Part shown: one piece after another, positions 11,231 through 16,276 of the stretch
Layout: each line of letters opens with the position of its first letter
Position numbering within the stretch: the first letter of the stretch is position 1
Assembly (NCBI GenBank): GCA_024626585.2
Contig: JANKJI020000002.1
Span: 101,858,697-101,874,972 of the forward strand
Origin: Ginkgo biloba
Lineage: Eukaryota > Plantae > Ginkgophyta
DNA length: 16,276 nt
Reading direction: 5' to 3'
Notes under the pieces: generated by a model
What the model saw: only the letters and a program-made list of their open reading frames with translations
Told to the model about the DNA's origin: nothing
Database searches by the model: none
Position numbers and translations under genes: made by a program

Positions 11231-11484
11231 CCCGAAAGCATTATCAAAGGTGATTTGTAAAGAATATTGAATTATTATTTTTAGTCGGTGGATTGTAATG
11301 TTTTAGTAGTATGGACCCAAAAACATTATCAAAAGTGATTTACAAAGAATATTTAATTATTATTTTTAGTCGGTGGATTGTAATGTATTAGTAGTATAGA
11401 CCCAAAAATATTATCAAAGGTGATTTGCAAAGAATATTTAATTATTATTTTTAATCGGTGGATTGTAATGTTTTAGTAGTATGA
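11231..11484 (-). repeat. Three tandem copies of the Helitron 5' terminus (85, 85 and 84 bp)
   Basis: Units 11231-11315, 11316-11400 and 11401-11484 are near-identical. On - they begin TCCATACTACTAA, TCTATACTACTAA and TCATACTACTAA respectively. Confidence 0.92.
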
Positions 11485-11486
11485 TA

Positions 11487-11730
11487 GTAAATGCTCACTA
11501 CTGCTCTCGGCCGCTGCCCCACATTTACTTCGAATGAACAAAGAAACTTTCGAATAAAAAAAATTTCTCACGCGTAGTCAAGATGTTTTTCGTCTTTTTT
11601 TTTGAGAAGTTGTTTTGTACGAACATTCAGTCATCGGATGGTATACGACTCCTGTAATTGTTCACTACTGCTCGCCAGCTGCTCCACATTTGCTTCGAAG
11701 GAACGAAAAACTTTCGAATAAAAAAAAATT
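11487..11730 (+). repeat. Direct repeat of about 78 bp (11487-11565 and 11654-11730); 11610-11651 also repeats 9551-9592
   Basis: tcactactgctc...gctgcYccacatttRcttcgaa...aaactttcgaataaaaaaaa occurs twice. The 42-bp block ttgttttgtaYgaacattcagtcatYggatggtatacgactc has two mismatches, both at CpG. Confidence 0.9.
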
Positions 11731-12067
11731 GTCAACATACTGCACGGTTAATCATTGGATTCCATCTCTCCTCGTAGGTCCCGCACATGAAGCCAAAAAG
11801 AGCGTTTTTTTGGGCATATCATTGCGTCTATTGTCGCAAGTTCCACTACAGTTGTAAATTAGATTGCGCTGAAAAGATTCGTACACAAATTCACGTGATG
11901 GGATCGATTAGAGCGCGCTCAAAAGATTTGTCAAGAGATTCGTACATAAACCCATGTGATGGAAGATTCCAATGCAGCATACCATAGTTCGGATGATTCC
12001 ACTTTAATTTTTCATATCTAAATTTTGGATAATATTATTGAAATATTTATGCCACAACCGGCTGCGC

Positions 12068-12089
12068 ACGGTCAAAATATTTTGACCGT
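12068..12089. promoter_or_regulatory. Perfect 22-bp palindrome with two inverted W-boxes in the TNL proximal promoter
   Basis: acggtcaaaatattttgaccgt contains GGTCAA (12070-12075) and TTGACC (12082-12087). A TATA-like ctattta lies at about 12112 and the ATG at 12249. Confidence 0.7.
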
Positions 12090-12248
12090 ATTGTGCGCTT
12101 GCGATGTTTTCTATTTAGTTCCCCATTCCAATCTCAACCTTCGTTCATAAACATCCATTCCTTGCTTTCTTCCTTATCGTGTGCGAGGCTCCGTTTCCAT
12201 TGGATTTTCCATCATTTCTTGAGCAATTGCATGCCTGATTAAGATAAT

Positions 12249-12772
12249 ATGGCTCTTGTTAAAGGCTCCCCTGCTTCCTCCTCTCGCCATGTTAATTCAG
12301 AGGAAACTCCAACCAGTACGCGGAGGATGAAGAAATACGTTGTTTTCATCAACCACAGGGGGTTGGACGTGAAGGACACGATAGCATCTCATATTTATGA
12401 TCTCCTTGATCTTCGTGGTGTTCCTACGTTTCTTGACAGAGAAGAATTGGAAGGCGGAGATGACTTTCCGGAGGCCATAAGAGAAGCCATTGCTTTTTCC
12501 ACAGTTCATATTGCCATCTTCTCCCCTCGCTATGGGGAATCAAGTTGGTGTCTACGCGAATTAGCTTTGATGGTTAAAACTGCAGGTGCCACCATCATTC
12601 CCGTCTTCTGGAATGTCACTCCCGAAGAAATTCGGTGGGCTAAGAAGGGAAACTTCGCCGACGCTTTTAGTAAACATTATGAGAGATATTCTCCAGAAAT
12701 TGTGAACGAATGGAAGGATGCCCTAAACCAGGTTTCCAACACTTCTGGCTTGCTATTCAGTGAGTTTAAAGG
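12249..12772 (+). CDS. TNL exon 1: TIR domain
   Basis: YVVFINHRGLDVK...FLDREEL...AIFSPRYGESSWCLRELALM...IIPVFWNVTP...VNEWKDALNQVS. The NADase catalytic Glu position (WCLxEL) is retained. Donor GG|GTAAG. Confidence 0.96.
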
Positions 12773-15700
12773 GTAAGAAATGGTATTATAGTTGAAGTTT
12801 CTTTTTTCTTTTCAGAGTCGATTAGAACACATATATGTGTGTAGTAACATTTCTAATTCCGACTATTCCTTTCAATGGATTTGTTCCTTACACAGAGAGC
12901 TTGCAAGAAAGGTTGTGGATCAAGTGATGAAGAAACTGAGTAGTACCCAAAGATTATATGTACCTGAATCTCCCATTGGATTGGAAAGCCATGTGAACAA
13001 GTTAAAAAATTACATTCTTCGAAGTAGGAGGGCGAAAAAGAATGTGATTTGTGTGGGGATAATCGGAATCGCCGGCATTGGTAAGTCAACTCTTGCAAAA
13101 GCCCTTTTTAACGACATTGGGTCTAATTTTTCGAGATCTGCCTACATAGAAGATGTTAAAGGTCAAGTGGAAACGAATGGATTGCAACACATTCAGAAGA
13201 TCCTCCTTCGGGAATTGCTGCGCTATGGTTTTGAAGTATCCAATTCGAGTCAAGGTCAGCAGATGCTAAGAGATTGGCTGACTCACGAAGATGCTCTTAT
13301 TGTTTACGATAACATTGAATACGATTACCAAATGAATGCTATATTGTTCGAAGATGTTCTCAAACCGGGCAGCACAGTCATAGTCACAACCCGTGACAAA
13401 AGCATATTCGGACGGTGGAATAGTCATCTTGAATATGAATTGACAGGGCTGGCCTATTGGCAATCAAAAGAGCTCCTTTGCAGGCATGCTTTTCACAGTG
13501 ATCGCCCTTCCGCTTACTTCAAAGGCCTGGTGGATCAGTTTGTAGAAGTGTGCAAAGGCTTACCGTTGGCATTAGAGGTCTGTGGCGGTCAGCTTTACAA
13601 ACAATCCCCTGATAAGTGGAAAATTATTTTGAAAAGTTTTTCTCGAATACCAGAGATTCAAAGCATGCTGCGTGTGAGCTGCGAACAACTGAATGAAAAA
13701 CAGAAAGAAATATTCTTAGATATAGCTATTTTCTTTCATGGCCAAAACTGTCAAACAATTACACGGATATGGGAGGAGGAACCAGAGTATTTCTCTTATG
13801 ATCTTGAAATACTCAAAAGAAAGTGTATGATTAAATTGGATTATAATAACATGGTGAGAATGCACGATCTGTTTCGGGAGCTAGGAAGAGCGATTGTCGA
13901 TGAAGAATGCCCCAAATATCCAGGACGCCGCAGTCGCCTCTGGCGGCCCAGTGACGTGAAAGAAGTATTGACAAATTTCACGGTATTTTCCTTGATTAAT
14001 GTTTTCTTTTCTGTATTCATTTCTTTTCCATCTGTATATTTGGTTCCAACTATTATCTTTTATATATATCATTTCCGTGTCGATGTAATGGGAGGCGCAT
14101 CCAACTTATTTTAAATTGGAAAATTACAGAGAGAAAATATATGATTTTGGTCTCTGCAATTAAACATTGCCAAATTTTGTCCAATAAATTCAGGGAACTG
14201 AAAGTGTTCGTGGATTGAGCTTAGTGTCGGGAGGGACAGTGTTATGGGACGAAGACGAACTTGGCAACAGACGTGCTTGGACTACCAATTCATTTGCTAA
14301 TATGAAGGAGCTGGAGCTACTTGAGTTAAAAGACGACTGTTTAAAAGGCGATTTGGGCGAGTTGTCACGAAAGCTCTTATTTCTCCGTTGGACAAATTTT
14401 CCTTATGACCGTGTGCCTGTCGATCTCCACATGAAACAAACAAGGGTTTTAGAGCTACTTGGAGGACCAGTCTCAGGTAATACAACAACTGAATTGAATT
14501 TTCAGTTAGAAATGTCGGGAGAGGTCTAATAATGTTTGTAACTTTTCTGCAGCTTCCATTGAATTTGCGGGAGTTGAATATGAACAATTGTCATTTTCTC
14601 AACAAAGTCCCTCAATGGATAGAAAAGTTGACACGATTGCAGAAAGTGGATTTTTCAGAGTGCATATGTCTGAAAACCATTCCTGAAGACTTTTGTTATC
14701 TGGAAGCGCTGGAAGTTCTAAATTTAAGTTATTGCCGTAATTTGAAGTACCTGCCGCCTGGTATTGGACGGATGAAAAGATTGAAGGATTTGTATTTAAA
14801 TGAGTGTATCAAATTGAAGGTGTTACCAGAGTCATTTGGGGAATTGCCACAATTACAATGCCTTGACATGCGGGGATGCAAGAACGTACAGATAGTGGAG
14901 GGCAGTTTTGGAAACATCTCCACCCTCAGAACAGTGAATTTGCTGGAGTGTGGAAAGTTGGAGACGATGCCAAGCTCGCTCAGTCGTCAACGCTCTCTGA
15001 TGAGTCTTTCTCTTGGCAATTCGAGGGAGACTGTTGTTGGCACAAACTATCGTGTTGGCTTTCCGCTGAAGGAAATACCGACAACTATTGACAATCTCTC
15101 TAGTTTGTCAGTGCTATACATACAAGGATGCCCAGAGCTGAAGGAAATACCGACAACTATTGGCAATCTCTCTAATTTGTCGCACCTAGCCATATCTGGA
15201 TGCCCAGAGCTGAAGGAAATACCGGCAACTATTGGCAATCTCTCTAATTTGTTGGGGCTAACCGTATCTGAATGCCCAGAGCTGAAGGAAATACCGACAA
15301 CTATTGACAATCTCTCTAGTTTGAGGCGGCTAGACATATCTGGATGCCCAGAGCTGAAGGAAATACCGACGACAACTATTGGCAATTTCTCTAGTTTGTC
15401 GAGTCTAGAAATATGTCTATCTAACGATACGATCCTTGGTCTACATCAAATGAAACAACTAAACAGCTTGAAAGTTCACGTGTCATAAGCCTTTTCTCAG
15501 AAAAACCATTGTTGGGTGGAGGTAATTACTTATTCGATACACTCCTTTCTCTGAAGAAGTTATTATGCATTCTCAAATAATTGCTTTCATCAAAATAATT
15601 TAATGTAATCATTGTTTGTCAATCCAGCCGCTAATTTCATCTCCATGCTGTTGGTAACAGAATATGTCTGCTATTAATCACATCCATTTCACTGCGAGCG

Positions 15701-16255
15701 CCATTCCTTATGCAAATGCAATTATCGACCCTTCTTGAAGCAACAAGCCCTGAAAGCATTTGTCAAGAATTAAGATTCGAGGCACCGCCTAGTAGTGAGA
15801 CATGCAGTGCAGTTATCATATGTTTTGTTTCAGGTTTTCTTATTGACAAGTTTGACGGACAATTTCTTTCCCCATGGACTGGAGGGGCTTTTGGAGTTTC
15901 TTTGGGCAATGATAATATGTATTTTGAGGAATCAAAGATAGGGGAGCTAACTAACCTCATAATATTCAAGAGCAAGTGCAGAAAGAGCATATTTATAAAA
16001 GTGGTCCCTCGGTATGACCGGACCATATCTAGAGCGTATCTAAAGAAGGGATGGATGCGAAGGATAAAGGAAGGGGAAGAAGAGATGATTCAACACATTT
16101 GCACTTCTTTTTTTAAACAACTGAGACTACAACATTTACTCCTTGATGGACGGGAACATGCACCATCTCAGTTAAATCTTCGTAGTGTGCATGCTCTTAA
16201 TATTGCCAATTGTAGAATTCGAAGACTTTGCCTGCTATATGACAATCCAATCCAG
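12249..16255 (+). CDS. TIR-NB-ARC-LRR (TNL) disease-resistance gene, at least 5 exons, 3' end beyond the window; 3' half appears disrupted (possible recent pseudogene or assembly errors)
   Basis: Canonical TNL exon layout with GT-AG introns at 12773-12895 (phase 2), 13983-14193 (phase 0), 14477-14552 (or 14470-14552) and 15522-15660, and a further donor at 16256. Confidence 0.93.
12896..13982 (+). CDS. TNL exon 2: NB-ARC domain
   Basis: P-loop GIAGIGKST, kinase-2 LIVYDNIE, RNBS-B GSTVIVTTRD, GLPLALEV, RNBS-D IFLDIAIFF, MHDL, then RSRLW. The acceptor CAG at 12893-12895 is phase-compatible with exon 1. Donor ACG|GTATTT. Confidence 0.96.
14194..14476 (+). CDS. TNL exon 3: NB-LRR linker and first LRRs
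   Basis: Begins GTESVRGLSL after TTCAG and contains SFANMKELELLEL and LLFLRWTNFPYDRVP. The 3' donor is ambiguous: the strong site at 14477 is out of frame and the weak site at 14470 is in frame. Confidence 0.88.
14553..15521 (+). CDS. TNL exon 4: LRR domain (in-frame TAA at 15486-15488; donor at 15522)
   Basis: Acceptor ttttctgcag, followed by about 12-13 repeats of LxxLxLxxCxxLxxLP. Donor GAG|GTAATT after 15521. Confidence 0.92.
15065..15412 (+). repeat. Five tandem 72-bp (24-aa) LRR units
   Basis: gctgaaggaaataccg starts at 15065, 15137, 15209, 15281 and 15353. The fifth unit has an extra Thr codon and is partial. Confidence 0.97.
15661..16255 (+). CDS. TNL exon 5: post-LRR (C-JID-like) domain followed by a new LRR-entry segment
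   Basis: One frame is open from 15635 to the window end and is absent from the ORF track because it has no stop: ...LRFEAPPSSETCSAVIICFVSG...NLIIFKS...YLKKGWMRRIKEGEEEMIQHICTSFFKQLRLQHLLLDGREHAPSQLNLRSVHALNIANCRIRRLCLLYDNPIQ. It is bounded by an AACAG acceptor and a CAG|GTGAG donor. Confidence 0.75.
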
Positions 16256-16276
16256 GTGAGAATTACTATGACGTTT

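Larger units (their letters stand above)
10053..11484 (-). mobile_element. Non-autonomous Helitron (1432 bp) carrying a CCD1 exon
   Basis: Minus strand 5' end: A|TCATACTACTAAAA at 11484. Minus strand 3' end: hairpin GTGGCAA-ttat-TTGCCAC (10083-10066), a 9-nt spacer, then CTAG|T (10056-10053). Insertion is between A and T with no target-site duplication. The reconstructed empty site cgga|tagta matches paralogous uninterrupted sequence cggatggta (11635-11643) and tggatggta (9576-9584). No RepHel ORF is present. Confidence 0.85.

Noticed and set aside
11231-11484. CRISPR-like reading of the 85-bp (or 72-bp) repeats
   Set aside because: Eukaryotic context, contiguous units without unique spacers, and no cas genes.
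11859-11964. Short degenerate direct repeats (agattcgtaca...gtgatgg twice)
   Set aside because: Real but short local duplications with no function I can infer.
10263-11987. Plus-strand ORFs of 66-100 aa upstream of the TNL
   Set aside because: No recognisable motifs. They overlap the Helitron, the antisense CCD1 exon or promoter repeats.
12792-12895. TTG start of the 440-aa ORF, and the acceptor at 12815
   Set aside because: The start is intronic. The acceptor would give a 43-nt intron in the wrong phase, whereas 12895 fits.
13081-13086. Consensus GTAAGT donor inside the P-loop
   Set aside because: Explained by Gly-Lys-Ser codons; no evidence of use without RNA data.
12297-16026. Antisense ORFs over the TNL, including the repetitive 15047-15385 ORF
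   Set aside because: They are shadows of the sense coding frame; the periodicity comes from the 72-bp LRR array.

Overview
AT-rich plant genomic DNA from a draft assembly with two N gaps (1019-1730, 6399-6467). A gymnosperm or other non-angiosperm origin is inferred from the FINHRG-type TIR and the style of the post-LRR domain. The main feature is a spliced TIR-NB-ARC-LRR (TNL) immune receptor gene on + starting at 12249 and running off the window end. It has an intact TIR and NB-ARC, a recent 5 x 72-bp LRR expansion with hypervariable surface codons, and a post-LRR exon missed by the ORF track that ends in a second LRR-entry motif. At least two frame breaks affect its 3' half. About 765 bp upstream lies a 1432-bp non-autonomous Helitron on - (10053-11484), with both termini, an A|T insertion site, a triplicated 5' end and a captured exon 1 of carotenoid cleavage dioxygenase 1. 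Further upstream are a decayed SRC2-like C2-domain gene, an intron-containing beta-amylase fragment, duplicated promoter-like blocks, a palindromic repeat array and LTR-retrotransposon debris. All family calls come from motif recognition by eye; no database search was run.
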